Positions 28,441 through 38,590 are shown, counted from the first letter of the stretch. The stretch: 64,000 bases of DNA from Bacteroides sp. (GCA_017621035.1 JAGATY010000089.1:3884-67883); one strand, 5' to 3'. The notes: generated by a model not told the origin, from the sequence alone. Made by a program: numbers and translations.

Positions 28441-29484
28441 TTATTCTTTCTTCAGTGCTTCGAAGATGAGGTTTTCCAGTTCTTCGGCCAGCTCGGGGTT
28501 GTCGATGATGACTTGCTTGGCGGCATCGCGTCCTTGTGCCAGTTTGGTATCGTTGTAGCTGAACCAGGAACCACTCTTCTTAATGATGCCGAGGTTTACG
28601 CCCAGGTCGATGATTTCTCCACTGCGTGAGATGCCTTCGCCAAACATGATGTCGAACTCGGCTTTGCGGAAGGGAGGTGCCACTTTGTTCTTTACAATCT
28701 TTACCTTGGTGGGCTTGCCGATGACGTCTTCACCGTCTTTAATGGCGGTTCCGTTGTTGCGGATGTCGATGCGGACGGAGGCGTAGAACTTCAGTGCATT
28801 ACCGCCGGTGGTTGTTTCGGGGTTGCCGAACATGATACCAATCTTTTCACGCAGCTGGTTGATGAAGATGCAGCAGGTGCGTGTTTTGCTAACGGCTGAG
28901 GTGAGCTTACGGAGGGCTTGTGACATCAGTCGGGCTTGCAGACCCACTTTGTTGTCGCCCATGTCGCCTTCGATTTCTGCCTTGGGGGTGAGGGCAGCGA
29001 CGGAGTCGATGATGATGATATCGATGGCAGAGGAGTGAATCAGCTGGTCGGCAATCTCCAGTGCCTGCTCACCGTTGTCGGGCTGTGAGATGAGGAGGTT
29101 ATCCACGTCTACACCCAGCTTGGCAGCATAGAAACGGTCGAATGCATGCTCGGCATCGATAAATGCAGCAATACCACCCATCTTCTGTGCCTCGGCAATG
29201 GCATGGATGGCGAGGGTTGTTTTACCGGAAGACTCAGGACCGTAGATTTCGATGATTCTTCCACGGGGATAGCCACCTACGCCGAGTGCGGCATTCAGCC
29301 CGATGGAACCGGTGGGGATTACTTCCATATCTTCTACTTCTTGAGCACCCATGCGCATGATGGAGCCTTTACCGAAGTCTTTCTCTATTTTTGCCATGGC
29401 GGCCTGAAGGGCTTTCAGCTTTTCGCTGTTTGAGTTGGCTGTCATGCCATCGCCTTCAAAGTTGAGTTCGTCTTTCTTAGCCAT
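28441..29484 (-). CDS. recA: Recombinase A
   Basis: [13 protein letters not shown] Walker [31 protein letters not shown]. Confidence 0.99.
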   Translation of the reverse strand: MAKKDELNFEGDGMTANSNSEKLKALQAAMAKIEKDFGKGSIMRMGAQEVEDMEVIPTGSIGLNAALGVGGYPRGRIIEIYGPESSGKTTLAIHAIAEAQKMGGIAAFIDAEHAFDRFYAAKLGVDVDNLLISQPDNGEQALEIADQLIHSSAIDIIIIDSVAALTPKAEIEGDMGDNKVGLQARLMSQALRKLTSAVSKTRTCCIFINQLREKIGIMFGNPETTTGGNALKFYASVRIDIRNNGTAIKDGEDVIGKPTKVKIVKNKVAPPFRKAEFDIMFGEGISRSGEIIDLGVNLGIIKKSGSWFSYNDTKLAQGRDAAKQVIIDNPELAEELENLIFEALKKE

Positions 29485-29576
29485 TAGTCTTGAATTTATG
29501 TTATTATGATTTACGATTTACGATTTATGATTTATGATTTATGATTTAGATTGTGTAGGGAAACTGCCATTGTCAA

Positions 29577-30023
29577 TTAAACAATCTGTTCCGCGTGTTC
29601 TTTCGTCTTTACCTCTTTGGGGGAGATGATGCGTTCGATGGTTCCCTCTTCGTTGATGATGAAGGTGGTACGGAAGGTGCCCATGTACTTGCGTCCGCAC
29701 ATGCTCTTTTCACCCCACACGCCGAAGGCTTCTACCAGTTTTTTCTCTGTGTCGGCAATGAGCGGGAAGGGAAGCTCGTTCTTGGCAATGAATTTTTGGT
29801 GCGATTGGGCACTGTCTACACTGACGCCCACCACCTCGTAGCCTTCTTTCCGCAAGCGGGTGTAGTTGTCGCGCAAGTTACAAGCCTGAGCGGTACAGCC
29901 GGGTGTGCTGTCTTTGGGATAGAAGTAGAGTACCAGTTTCTTTCCTTTGAATTGGTCGAGACGAATCTCCTGACCGTTTTCGTCTACTCCTAAAACTTCC
30001 GGTGCTTTGTCTCCAATGTTCAT
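29577..30023 (-). CDS. bcp: Thioredoxin-dependent thiol peroxidase (Bcp/PrxQ)
   Basis: LYFYPKDSTPGCTAQAC peroxidatic/resolving Cys motif. Confidence 0.95.
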   Translation of the reverse strand: MNIGDKAPEVLGVDENGQEIRLDQFKGKKLVLYFYPKDSTPGCTAQACNLRDNYTRLRKEGYEVVGVSVDSAQSHQKFIAKNELPFPLIADTEKKLVEAFGVWGEKSMCGRKYMGTFRTTFIINEEGTIERIISPKEVKTKEHAEQIV

Positions 30024-30135
30024 AGTAATTGTTTAAAAAGATGTTTAGGTTGCAAAGATAGAGTAAATTCTTATATACCGCTAAGGAGTGAAAGATTTAA
30101 TTTCCTATTTTTGCGGCGGAAATTGAATGGGAAGA

Positions 30136-30277
30136 AGTTGATAGTTGACAGTTGATAGTTGACAGTTGATAGTTGACAGTTGATAGTTGATAGTTGACAG
30201 TTGATCGTTGATAGTTGACAGTTGATAGTTGAAAGATGAAAGATGAAAGTTGGATTCCTTATTCTTCATTCTTCATT
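30136..30277. repeat. Long 7-bp tandem array (GTTGATA/GTTGACA, then GATGAAA and ATTCTTC)
   Basis: Read directly; lies between a TATTTTTG box near 30105 and the META gene start. Confidence 0.9.
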
Positions 30278-30332
30278 TCTTCCTTTATCTCCTCAAAAAT
30301 CGAATTTGAAGACGTAAAAATAAACAGAAAAC

Positions 30333-31130
30333 ATGAAAAAGGTATTTGTTTCTCTTTGTATGGCCGGTGCTGTGTTGGGAATGGCATCGTGCGGAACAAG
30401 TAAGAGTGTAGCCGGATGGGATGCCATCGGCGGAGAGTGGAATATTATAGAGATTGACGGAAGAACCGTTGTGCCGGCTCCCGGACAGCCTTTTCCGTTT
30501 ATAGGTTTCAATACGGCAGACGGCACGGCGTATGGCAATGCCGGCTGTAACAATCTTACGGGTAGCTTCGACTTGAATGCCAAGCCGGGAACCATCGACT
30601 TGAGCGGATTGGGTGCTACTCGCCGAATGTGTCAGGACATGACGCTGGAGCAGAGTCTGCTGGAGGCTTTTGGGAAAGTCAAGAGATATAAGTTAGCAGA
30701 TGGAAAGAATCTGTTTCTGTGTGCCTCTTCCAACCGCCCTTTGCTGGTGTTGCAAAGGCGAGAAGCAGTGCTGTCGGTCAATCAACTGGCAGGTAAATGG
30801 ATGATTGAATCGGTAGCCGGAAAGAGAGTGCCTACAGATATGGAGAACCGTCCGTTTATTGAGTTCGACCTTACCGGCGGAAAGGTGCATGGCCATGCCG
30901 GCTGTAACATCTTCAACGGCGAACTGGTGACAGATGCCAACCAATCTTCTGCCATCAGTTTTGCACAACTCATCACCACCATGATGTCATGTCCCGACAT
31001 GGCAATCGAGAGCAGCATTCTGAACGCACTGAATCAGGTTCGTTCCTTCGGTCGGCTGGCCGGTGGTGGCATCGGTTTCTACGATGCTGAGGGCACACTG
31101 CTGATGGAGGCGAGGAAGTTAGGAAGTTGA
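30333..31130 (+). CDS. Tandem META (HslJ-like) domain lipoprotein
   Basis: MASC lipobox; two copies of W-I--I-G...GxAGCN-x-G...T-(R/M)MxC. Confidence 0.88.
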   Translation: MKKVFVSLCMAGAVLGMASCGTSKSVAGWDAIGGEWNIIEIDGRTVVPAPGQPFPFIGFNTADGTAYGNAGCNNLTGSFDLNAKPGTIDLSGLGATRRMCQDMTLEQSLLEAFGKVKRYKLADGKNLFLCASSNRPLLVLQRREAVLSVNQLAGKWMIESVAGKRVPTDMENRPFIEFDLTGGKVHGHAGCNIFNGELVTDANQSSAISFAQLITTMMSCPDMAIESSILNALNQVRSFGRLAGGGIGFYDAEGTLLMEARKLGS

Positions 31131-31218
31131 AAGATAAAAGATGAAAGTTGGATTCTTCATTCTTCATTCTTCATTAGGTTTAACTTTCTGCTCCTCTAAC
31201 TCCTCGAACCCCAAGCAA

Positions 31219-32430
31219 TCACTCCATCTGCTTGTAATCCTTGGCCAGACCACCTTCGCTGGTCTCCTTGTAGAGAGAGGGAAGGTCGTTGCCGGTCTCC
31301 TTCATAACGGCTACAGCTTTGTCGAAAGAAACCCGATGGATGCCGTCGGTGAATGAAGAATAGAGGTTGGCGTCCAGTGCGCGGGCAGCCGCATAAGCAT
31401 TTCGCTCGATACAGGGAATCTGAACCAGTCCGCAAACCGGATCGCACGTCATGCCCAAGTGATGTTCCAATCCCATCTCTGCCGCATACTCAATCTGTGC
31501 GGGACTTCCGCCAAAGAGTTGATTGGCAGCTGCCGATGCCATGGAGCAGGCTACTCCAACCTCGGCCTGACATCCGGCTTCGGCACCGCTGATGGAGGCG
31601 TTGTGCTTCACCACATTTCCGATTAGACCGGCAGTGGCCAGTGCTCGGAGGACACGAATGTCGCTGAACTCGCGCGTCTTGGCCAGGTGATAGAGTACGG
31701 CCGGCACCACTCCGCATGAACCACAGGTAGGAGCCGTTACGATGACACCACCCGAGGCGTTTTCTTCGCTGACAGCCAACGCATAGGCAAAGACCAGTCC
31801 TCTACTTTGCAGAGATGCCTTATAGCCACTGGCCTTGATGTAGTAGGCCGAAGCTTTACGACGAAGGTTGAGAGGCCCCGGTAGCACGCCTTCCGCATCG
31901 ATGCCACGCTCCACGGCAGCTTTCATGGCACGCCACACCTCGGCAAGATAGTCCCAGATGTCGTTTTCCTCGCAATCTTTTACATATTCCCAGTAGTTCT
32001 TTCCGGTACGCTCGCACCAATTAAGAATCTCGGTCATGCTGTTCATCTCATAGACGTCCGGCGTCTCTATGCCGCTTCGCTCTCCTTCTTCGGCCAAAGC
32101 GCCTCCGCCTACACTGTAGACAATCCATTCTTCGGTCAATCGCTCTTCGCTGTCGAAAGAGACAAACTTCATTCCGTTGGGATGGAACGGGAGGAAGATT
32201 TTTGGTTGCCAGACAATCGTTACAGGGGCTGCCGGCTGTAAGGTCTCTTTGATGGCTGCATCGGTCATGTGACCTTTACCGGTCGCGGCCAGGCTTCCGT
32301 AAAGAGTTACTTCAAAGCGTGCAGCTTCGGGGTGGCGACTTAAAAAGAGTTCGGCTGCTTTACGCGGACCCATCGTATGACTGCTGGAGGGGCCTGTGCC
32401 AATGCGATAAAGTTCTTTGATGGATTTCAT
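31219..32430 (-). CDS. sdaA: L-serine dehydratase, Fe-S dependent, single chain
   Basis: IGTGPSSSHTMGP, LYGSLAATGKGH, VTAPTCGSCG, GCQAEVG, GMTCDPVCGLVQIPCIERN. Confidence 0.95.
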   Translation of the reverse strand: MKSIKELYRIGTGPSSSHTMGPRKAAELFLSRHPEAARFEVTLYGSLAATGKGHMTDAAIKETLQPAAPVTIVWQPKIFLPFHPNGMKFVSFDSEERLTEEWIVYSVGGGALAEEGERSGIETPDVYEMNSMTEILNWCERTGKNYWEYVKDCEENDIWDYLAEVWRAMKAAVERGIDAEGVLPGPLNLRRKASAYYIKASGYKASLQSRGLVFAYALAVSEENASGGVIVTAPTCGSCGVVPAVLYHLAKTREFSDIRVLRALATAGLIGNVVKHNASISGAEAGCQAEVGVACSMASAAANQLFGGSPAQIEYAAEMGLEHHLGMTCDPVCGLVQIPCIERNAYAAARALDANLYSSFTDGIHRVSFDKAVAVMKETGNDLPSLYKETSEGGLAKDYKQME

Positions 32431-32496
32431 CTGATTTATGATTTATGAATTATCAACTTTCAACTATCAACTATCAACTTTCAATTATCAATGGTT

Positions 32497-35061
32497 TTAG
32501 CTCAAGTCGACTACCGTGATGCCTGCTCCACCGAACTGAACGTGCTCGTCTTGAAAGTGACGGACGCCCGGAACGGTTTGCAGATATTGACGAATGAGCG
32601 TGCGGAGTATGCCTGTGCCCGTGCCGTGAAGAATGCGCACCCGACTCATCCCGACCAGAATGGCATCGTCGATGAAGTAGGTGACGGCTTGCAGTGCTTC
32701 GTCTCCCCGCATACCTCTCACGTCGATGTCCTGCTTGAAGTGTAGCTTCTTTTCATACATGGCATCGTGCGTTTGCGTGCTGATGAAGGTGCTTTTGGTA
32801 GAGACGTCCGCCTGCTTGGGCTGAGCTTGGGTTTGTTCCAATCGCTCCAGCTTGACGGTGGTCTTGAGGCTGCCAAAGGCAACGACGGCATTCTTGCCGT
32901 TAATCTCCAGCACCTCGCCCACGCCGGTTTGTCCCTTCAGCTTGACGGAGCAGCCGGGTTTGATGCCGGCCAGTCGTTCCGCCTCTTTGCGGGCTGCCAA
33001 GGCGGCTTGCTCTTCTGCGGAGAGGGGTGAAGCGGCATCGGTTGCTTTCCGAGCCTTCTTCTCCTTCTTGCGGGCTTGCTTTTCTTGCAGCTTCTGCATT
33101 TGGCGGGCAATTTTGTCCGCTGTCTGTTGCTTGTCGAGGTTTTCCAGCGTGTCGCGGAAGTCGTTCAGCTCCTGGCGGGCCAGCTTGGTCTTTTCTTTCT
33201 CTGCCTGAGCCTCTTTGATGGAGCGGATGGTGTTTTCGATGCGCGCATTGGCCTCCTGCATCAGTCGTTCGGCCTCTTCCTTGGCTTGTCGGATGATTTC
33301 TTTGCGCGAGCGTTGCAATTCCTCGGCTTCGGTCTGATAACGGGCGATGGTTTCCTCCATTTGTTTCTCCCGCTGCCGGATGTTCTGTCGCTTGCTTTCC
33401 CAGTAGCGTTTGTCGCGTACGATGTCCTGCAGATACTTATCGCTCTGTATGTAGTCGCTGCCCACAATGTCCGAGGCGTCGGCGATGACCTCTTCCGGTA
33501 ACCCTATTTTGCGGGCAATCTCCACGGCGAAGGAGCTGCCCGGCTGCCCAATCTGCAACTGGAACAGGGCTTGCATGAGGTGACGGTCGTAGAGCATGGC
33601 TCCGTTCACCACTCCTTCGTTGGCATCGGCAAAGTGTTTCAGGTTTTGATAGTGCGTAGTGATGACGCCGAAGGCTCCTTTCCGGTTGAAACGCTTCAGC
33701 ACGGCCTCGGCAATGGCGCCACCTATCTGCGGCTCGGTTCCGCCACCAAACTCGTCGATGAGGATGAGGCTTTGGGCATCGCACTGCTTCATCGTCACTT
33801 TCATGTTAGTAAGATGGGAAGAGTAGGTCGAGAGGTCGTCCTCAATGCTCTGTTCGTCGCCAATGTCAATAAATATGCTGTTGAAGATGCCGGCGTGACT
33901 GCGTTCGTGCAAGGGAATGAGTAGTCCGCATTGCAGCATGTATTGCAGCAGTCCGACGGTTTTCAGACAGACAGATTTGCCTCCGGCGTTCGGCCCCGAG
34001 ATGATGAGGATGCGTTGTTGACGGCTCAGCTCGATGTCCAGCGGGACTACCTGCTTGCCATGCTTCTTCAGCGAGAGTTGCAACAGCGGGTGGATGGCCT
34101 GCCGCCAGTCCAACACCTGCTCATTCTCCAGCGCCGGCATCAGGCCGCCCGTCTGCTCGGCCAGCAGTGCTTTGGCGCGAATGAAGTCAATCTCTGCCAG
34201 GAACTCATACGACAGCAACAGGTCGGGAATTTCCGGCCGAAGCTCATCGGAGAACTGCGTCAGGATGCGGATTATCTCCCTCCGCTCGTCGCTCTCCAGC
34301 TCTCGGATGCGGTTGTTGGCCTCGACCACCTCGGCCGGCTCGATGAAGACGGTCTTGCCGGAGGCCGATTCGTCGTGGACGATGCCGCGAATCTTGCGCT
34401 TCAGTGCCGGAGCAACCGGAATCACCAGACGCCCGTCGCGCATGGTCGGGGTGACGTCTTTCTCCACCAGACCGTCGTTTTGCGCGCTTCTCAGGATGTT
34501 GTTCAGCGAGCGGGAGATGCTGTTCATGGTTTGCGACAGCTCGCGGCGGATGCGTGCCAGCTCGGCAGAGGCATTATCTTTTATCTTGCCGTAAGGCGAA
34601 AGTATGGTGTTAATCTTCTGTATCAGTGCGGGGAAGACCAAAATGTCGCCCGCCAGTCTGTGCAGACGGGGGTAGCGTGTGGGCTGAGGCTCGTCGCTGC
34701 TGCCGGATGCCGCTGCCTCCTCATCCTCCTTCGTCAGGAAGCGGACAATGTCGCGAATGGTCTCCAGCGAACGACGCAAGTCGAACAACTCCTGCTCGTC
34801 GAGATACATGCCCTCCACCCGGATGCGGTGGAGCGACGGACGCACGTCGAAGAAGTGCTGCGCCGGAAAGGCATCCTCCTCCTGCAAAATGCGTACAAAC
34901 TCGGCCGTCTGTTGCAGCCACTCCTCCACTTCGGCAAACGCGGTAGAGAAATGCATGTCGGCCACCCGCTCTTCACCCAGCGTGCTCAGGCACTTCTCCC
35001 GCAGTAGCTGCCGGATGTGGTCGAAACCTATTTTCTGTTCAAAGTTCTGTGGATATATCAT
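32497..35061 (-). CDS. mutS2: Endonuclease MutS2 (MutS-like ATPase + Smr domain)
   Basis: Start taken at MIYPQNFEQKIGF; ISGPNAGGKS Walker A, IGDEQSI, DEFGGGTEP, C-terminal IDVRGMR...ILHGTGTG Smr domain. Confidence 0.96.
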   Translation of the reverse strand: MIYPQNFEQKIGFDHIRQLLREKCLSTLGEERVADMHFSTAFAEVEEWLQQTAEFVRILQEEDAFPAQHFFDVRPSLHRIRVEGMYLDEQELFDLRRSLETIRDIVRFLTKEDEEAAASGSSDEPQPTRYPRLHRLAGDILVFPALIQKINTILSPYGKIKDNASAELARIRRELSQTMNSISRSLNNILRSAQNDGLVEKDVTPTMRDGRLVIPVAPALKRKIRGIVHDESASGKTVFIEPAEVVEANNRIRELESDERREIIRILTQFSDELRPEIPDLLLSYEFLAEIDFIRAKALLAEQTGGLMPALENEQVLDWRQAIHPLLQLSLKKHGKQVVPLDIELSRQQRILIISGPNAGGKSVCLKTVGLLQYMLQCGLLIPLHERSHAGIFNSIFIDIGDEQSIEDDLSTYSSHLTNMKVTMKQCDAQSLILIDEFGGGTEPQIGGAIAEAVLKRFNRKGAFGVITTHYQNLKHFADANEGVVNGAMLYDRHLMQALFQLQIGQPGSSFAVEIARKIGLPEEVIADASDIVGSDYIQSDKYLQDIVRDKRYWESKRQNIRQREKQMEETIARYQTEAEELQRSRKEIIRQAKEEAERLMQEANARIENTIRSIKEAQAEKEKTKLARQELNDFRDTLENLDKQQTADKIARQMQKLQEKQARKKEKKARKATDAASPLSAEEQAALAARKEAERLAGIKPGCSVKLKGQTGVGEVLEINGKNAVVAFGSLKTTVKLERLEQTQAQPKQADVSTKSTFISTQTHDAMYEKKLHFKQDIDVRGMRGDEALQAVTYFIDDAILVGMSRVRILHGTGTGILRTLIRQYLQTVPGVRHFQDEHVQFGGAGITVVDLS

Positions 35062-35170
35062 AGGCGCAAAGATAGTGAATAATAGGGGAATCAACTTCCC
35101 TTTCTCGCGAAGTTGTTTTGATTTTATTTTCCCAAATATCATTTTGATAGCAAAAGGTGGGGTGAATACC

Positions 35171-35415
35171 CCTCGTTTGACCCCAAGATGACCGATTTTA
35201 CCCCAAACGAGCCTCGTTTGATATTAAGATGCTCATCTTGGCTTCAAACGAGCCTCATTTGACCCCAAGATGGCCGTCTTGGCCTCAAACGAGTGTCATT
35301 TGACCCTAAGATGGCCGTCTTGGCTTCAAACGAGTGTCATTTGACCTCAAGATGGCCGTCTTGACTTCAAACGAGTCTCATTTGACAGAAGGACGGTCGT
35401 CTTGGCAGTAACCGA
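35171..35415. repeat. Tandem array of about 5.5 self-palindromic 41-bp units
   Basis: CAAACGAG at 35204, 35245, 35286, 35327, 35368 (exact 41-bp spacing); each unit is CTCRTTTGA..CAAGATG..CGTCTTG..TCAAACGAG. Confidence 0.9.
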
Positions 35416-35580
35416 AACTCGGTTGCCCCCACGTTCCCTTGCCTGCCGCCGGTCGAGCCTGCAAAGCTTGCAGGAAATCGGGCCTCTTTTAAAAAAAGTC
35501 AGAATCAACTCTTGCGGAATTGAAAAAGATGCGTACCTTTGCAGCGCTTTCAGAGGAAAGCACTTCTGGAAAGAAGTTTT

Positions 35581-35665
35581 GGAGAGGTGGCAGAGTGGTC
35601 GATTGCGGCGGTCTTGAAAACCGTTGTACCGAGAGGTACCCGGGGTTCGAATCCCTGTCTCTCCG
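35581..35665 (+). tRNA. tRNA-Ser (anticodon UGA)
   Basis: GGAGAGG/TCTCTCC acceptor stem, GCGGT-CTTGAAA-ACCGT anticodon arm, long variable arm GTACC-GAGA-GGTAC, GGTTCGAATCC T-loop; TACCTTTG promoter box upstream and hairpin downstream. Confidence 0.97.
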
Positions 35666-35842
35666 CAAATGAAGCGCAGATGGAAAATTCAATGTTACTT
35701 GAAGCTTCCATCTGCGCTCTCTTTATGTCCTAAGCATCTATCTGAGGAATTTGTGTTAATGCCGGTTCGGCCGGCGGCCTGAAGGCTTCGTTGCCGCAGG
35801 CGCTTCAGCAGGTGGCACTGGCATCCACCGATTTATAACATT

Positions 35843-35936
35843 GTAGGCACGGAGTGTACGAAATTTCACTGCAGCATTATAACCATTGGGGTGTATAATC
35901 AAGAGAAACAGTGAGTTTTGTGTACTCCGTGCCTAC
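35843..35936. repeat. MITE-like TAGGCACGGA element, copy 2
   Basis: GTAGGCACGGAGT...ACTCCGTGCCTAC. Confidence 0.8.
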
Positions 35937-35978
35937 GATAAATGGCTGACACTTGGTCTGCCTGAAGAGCTTGTGCGG

Positions 35979-36521
35979 TTATGCTTTTTGAATCAGTTCC
36001 ATGCCCTTCCGGATGGCCTCCTCGTTCATGGGGATGAGGTGGTGATGGCGTTCGGGGAGGGTCTTCTTCAGCCCTTTGATGACGCTCTCGAGACTGACCA
36101 TGGGTTTGAGTTTGAGCAATCCGCCCAGCACAATCATGTTGAAAGCCTTGGCGTTCTTCATTTCGTTGGCCGCATCCATGGCGTCGATGCGATAGACGTG
36201 AATGTCCTTGCGCGTGGGCGGTTGGATGATGCCGTATCCGTCGTAGATGAGTATTCCGCCGGGCTTCACTTTGCTCTCGAACTTTTCCAGTGAAGGTTGG
36301 TTGAGGATGATGGCCGCATCGTATCTGCTGAGGATGGGCGAGGAGATTTTCTCGTCGCTAACGATAACGGTAACGTTGGCCGTTCCGCCTCGTTGCTCGG
36401 GTCCGTAAGCCGGCATCCAGGTTACTTCCTTGCCTTCCATCAGTCCGGAGTAGGCCAGAATCTTGCCCATGGAGAGTACGCCTTGTCCTCCGAAGCCTGC
36501 TATGATGATTTCTTCTTTCAT
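35979..36521 (-). CDS. 2-oxoacid:acceptor oxidoreductase gamma subunit
   Basis: IIIAGFGGQGVL, YGPEQRGGTA motifs. Confidence 0.93.
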   Translation of the reverse strand: MKEEIIIAGFGGQGVLSMGKILAYSGLMEGKEVTWMPAYGPEQRGGTANVTVIVSDEKISSPILSRYDAAIILNQPSLEKFESKVKPGGILIYDGYGIIQPPTRKDIHVYRIDAMDAANEMKNAKAFNMIVLGGLLKLKPMVSLESVIKGLKKTLPERHHHLIPMNEEAIRKGMELIQKA

Positions 36522-36547
36522 TGCGTGTTTCTTTTAAGTTGAGGGGG

Positions 36548-37309
36548 TTATTTGTCTTTCAAGTCGCCCAGCGGATAGAATGGGAACATGTTCTCTTCCA
36601 TCCATTTGTTGGCTTTTTCGGGTGTCATCTTCCATCCTGAGTTGCAAGTGGATACAATTTCCACGAGGTTGCTTCCCTTGCCTGCCAGCGAGTTCTCGAA
36701 GGCTTTGCGAATGGCTTTCTTTGCCTTGCGGATGGCCGGAACAGATTGCACACTCTGTCGGGTGACGTAAGCAGTGCCTTCCAGTCCGGCGGCAATGTCG
36801 GCCATCTTCAGCGGATAGCCATGCAGCTGCACGTCGCGTCCGTAGGGGCAGGTAGCCGTCTTTTGACCGATGAGAGTGGTGGGGGCCATCTGTCCGCCCG
36901 TCATTCCGTAGATGGCATTGTTGATGAAGATGATGGTAATGTTTTCTCCTCTGTTCAGGGCGTGAATGGTCTCTGCCGTACCGATGCAGGCCAAGTCGCC
37001 GTCGCCCTGATAAGTGAAGACGAGTCGGTCGGGCCAAAGTCTCTTGATGGCTGTGGCAACGGCAGGTGCTCGTCCGTGAGCAGCTTCTTCCCAGTCGATG
37101 TCCAGGTAATTGTATGCAAACACGGCACATCCTACGGGCGATACTCCTACGGTTTTTTCCTCCATGCCCATCTCCTCAATGACTTCGGCAATGAGTTTGT
37201 GTACAACGCCGTGGCTACAGCCGGGGCAGTAGTGCATCGGGGTGTCGTTCATCAGGGTGGGTTTCTTGTAGACCAGATTTTCGGGCTTGATGATATCTTC
37301 TTTAGTCAT
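36548..37309 (-). CDS. 2-oxoacid:ferredoxin oxidoreductase beta subunit (TPP-binding)
   Basis: HYCPGCSHG, VGC, HGRA, YQGDGD...NN TPP motif, YGMTGGQ. Confidence 0.94.
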   Translation of the reverse strand: MTKEDIIKPENLVYKKPTLMNDTPMHYCPGCSHGVVHKLIAEVIEEMGMEEKTVGVSPVGCAVFAYNYLDIDWEEAAHGRAPAVATAIKRLWPDRLVFTYQGDGDLACIGTAETIHALNRGENITIIFINNAIYGMTGGQMAPTTLIGQKTATCPYGRDVQLHGYPLKMADIAAGLEGTAYVTRQSVQSVPAIRKAKKAIRKAFENSLAGKGSNLVEIVSTCNSGWKMTPEKANKWMEENMFPFYPLGDLKDK

Positions 37310-37320
37310 AGTCTTCTCCT

Positions 37321-37494
37321 TTATCTGTTAGTGAATCGAATAAAGAACTCCATTATCTTGACGAAGATGGCTGCACTGCATACGTAGATGAAGAGCTTAA
37401 AATCGTCTTTCGCTACAAAGTAGACGATGACACTTGCGGCAGCCAGTATCAGGAAGAGGATGTTTAATATGTTTCTTATCTTGTCGGGATTCAT
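37321..37494 (-). CDS. Small 57-aa two-helix membrane protein inside the oxidoreductase operon
   Basis: Manual translation MNPDKIRNILNILFLILAAASVIVYFVAKDDFKLFIYVCSAAIFVKIMEFFIRFTNR*; fills the gap with 7-bp and 11-bp spacers; below the ORF-track size cutoff. Confidence 0.75.
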   Translation of the reverse strand: MNPDKIRNILNILFLILAAASVIVYFVAKDDFKLFIYVCSAAIFVKIMEFFIRFTNR

Positions 37495-37501
37495 GGTGTG
37501 C

Positions 37502-38590
37502 TTACTTGATTAGTTTTTCTTTCAGTGCATTAACAATCTCATCGGGGTCGGGCACGATGCCTCCCAGTCGGCCAAAGTGCTCCACGGGTGTTTGTCCGTT
37601 TACGGCGAGGCGGACGTCTTCTATCATCTGTCCGGCGTTCAGCTCCGTAACCAGTATACCTTTCACCTTGGAGGCATAGTTGGCAATGGCTTGCTTGGGG
37701 AAGGGCCAGAGGGTGATGGGACGAAGGATGCCGACCTTAATGCCCTCTTCGCGTGCCATTTCCATGGCTTTTTGACCGATGCGCGCCATGGAGCCGAAAG
37801 CAACAATGAGATAATCGGCATCGGTACAGTTGATTTCTTCAAAACGAACCTCATTCTCTTCGATGAGCTTGTATTTGGCTTGATAACGAAGGTTGTTCTT
37901 CTCCATCTCTTCCGGCTTCAGCTCCAGAGAGGTGATGATGTTGGGACGACGCTCTTTCTTGCGTCCGTTGGCAGCCCACGGGCATTGGGCAATCACTTCT
38001 TCTTCGGTACGACGTGGCTTTTGCGGAGGGAGCACCACCTTCTCCATCATTTGCCCGATAACTCCATCAGCCAGAATGATGGCCGGGTTGCGATACTTAA
38101 AAGCCAACTCGAAGCCCAGTCCTACAAAGTCTGCCATCTCTTGTACCGATGCGGGAGCCAGCGCAATCAAACGATAGTCACCGTGTCCGCCACCCTTAAC
38201 CGTCTGGAAGTAATCGGCTTGACTGGGCTGTATGGTTCCCAATCCGGGGCCTCCACGCATGACGTTGACAACGAGGCAGGGCAGCTCGGCACCAGCCAAG
38301 TATGAAATGCCTTCTTGTTTCAGACTGACACCGGGACTGGACGACGATGTCATAACCATCTTGCCACTGCCGGCACCTCCATATACCATATTGATTGCCG
38401 CCACTTCACTCTCAGCCTGCAGCACCACCATGCCGGTAGTTTCCCAAGGCTTCAGCTCGGCAAGTGTTTCCAGAACTTCTGATTGAGGGGTAATGGGGTA
38501 GCCAAAGTAACCATCGGCACCACAACGAATGGCGGCATGGGCAATGGCCTCGTTTCCCTTCATGAGTACTACTTCTTCTGCCATAATCAT
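37502..38590 (-). CDS. vorB: 2-oxoacid:ferredoxin oxidoreductase alpha subunit (branched-chain/VorB-type)
   Basis: LMKGNEAIA, GYPITPQSE, AESEVAA, TSSSSPG, RGGPGLG; start may be 38584 (MAEEVV). Confidence 0.9.
   Translation of the reverse strand: MIMAEEVVLMKGNEAIAHAAIRCGADGYFGYPITPQSEVLETLAELKPWETTGMVVLQAESEVAAINMVYGGAGSGKMVMTSSSSPGVSLKQEGISYLAGAELPCLVVNVMRGGPGLGTIQPSQADYFQTVKGGGHGDYRLIALAPASVQEMADFVGLGFELAFKYRNPAIILADGVIGQMMEKVVLPPQKPRRTEEEVIAQCPWAANGRKKERRPNIITSLELKPEEMEKNNLRYQAKYKLIEENEVRFEEINCTDADYLIVAFGSMARIGQKAMEMAREEGIKVGILRPITLWPFPKQAIANYASKVKGILVTELNAGQMIEDVRLAVNGQTPVEHFGRLGGIVPDPDEIVNALKEKLIK

Noticed and set aside
33931-35007. Long plus-strand ORF (358 aa), plus similar ones such as 43126-44115, 53384-54307, 10212-10973 and 1501-2175
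   Set aside because: Each lies antisense to a well-supported gene and has no recognisable motifs; these are shadow ORFs caused by codon bias.
35171-35415. CRISPR array
   Set aside because: The units are contiguous with no unique spacers and no cas genes are present. The same applies to the 22-bp and 42-bp arrays.
35581-35760. Element integrated at tRNA-Ser
   Set aside because: No integrase follows, the terminator is intact, and I saw no duplicate of the tRNA 3' end in the window.
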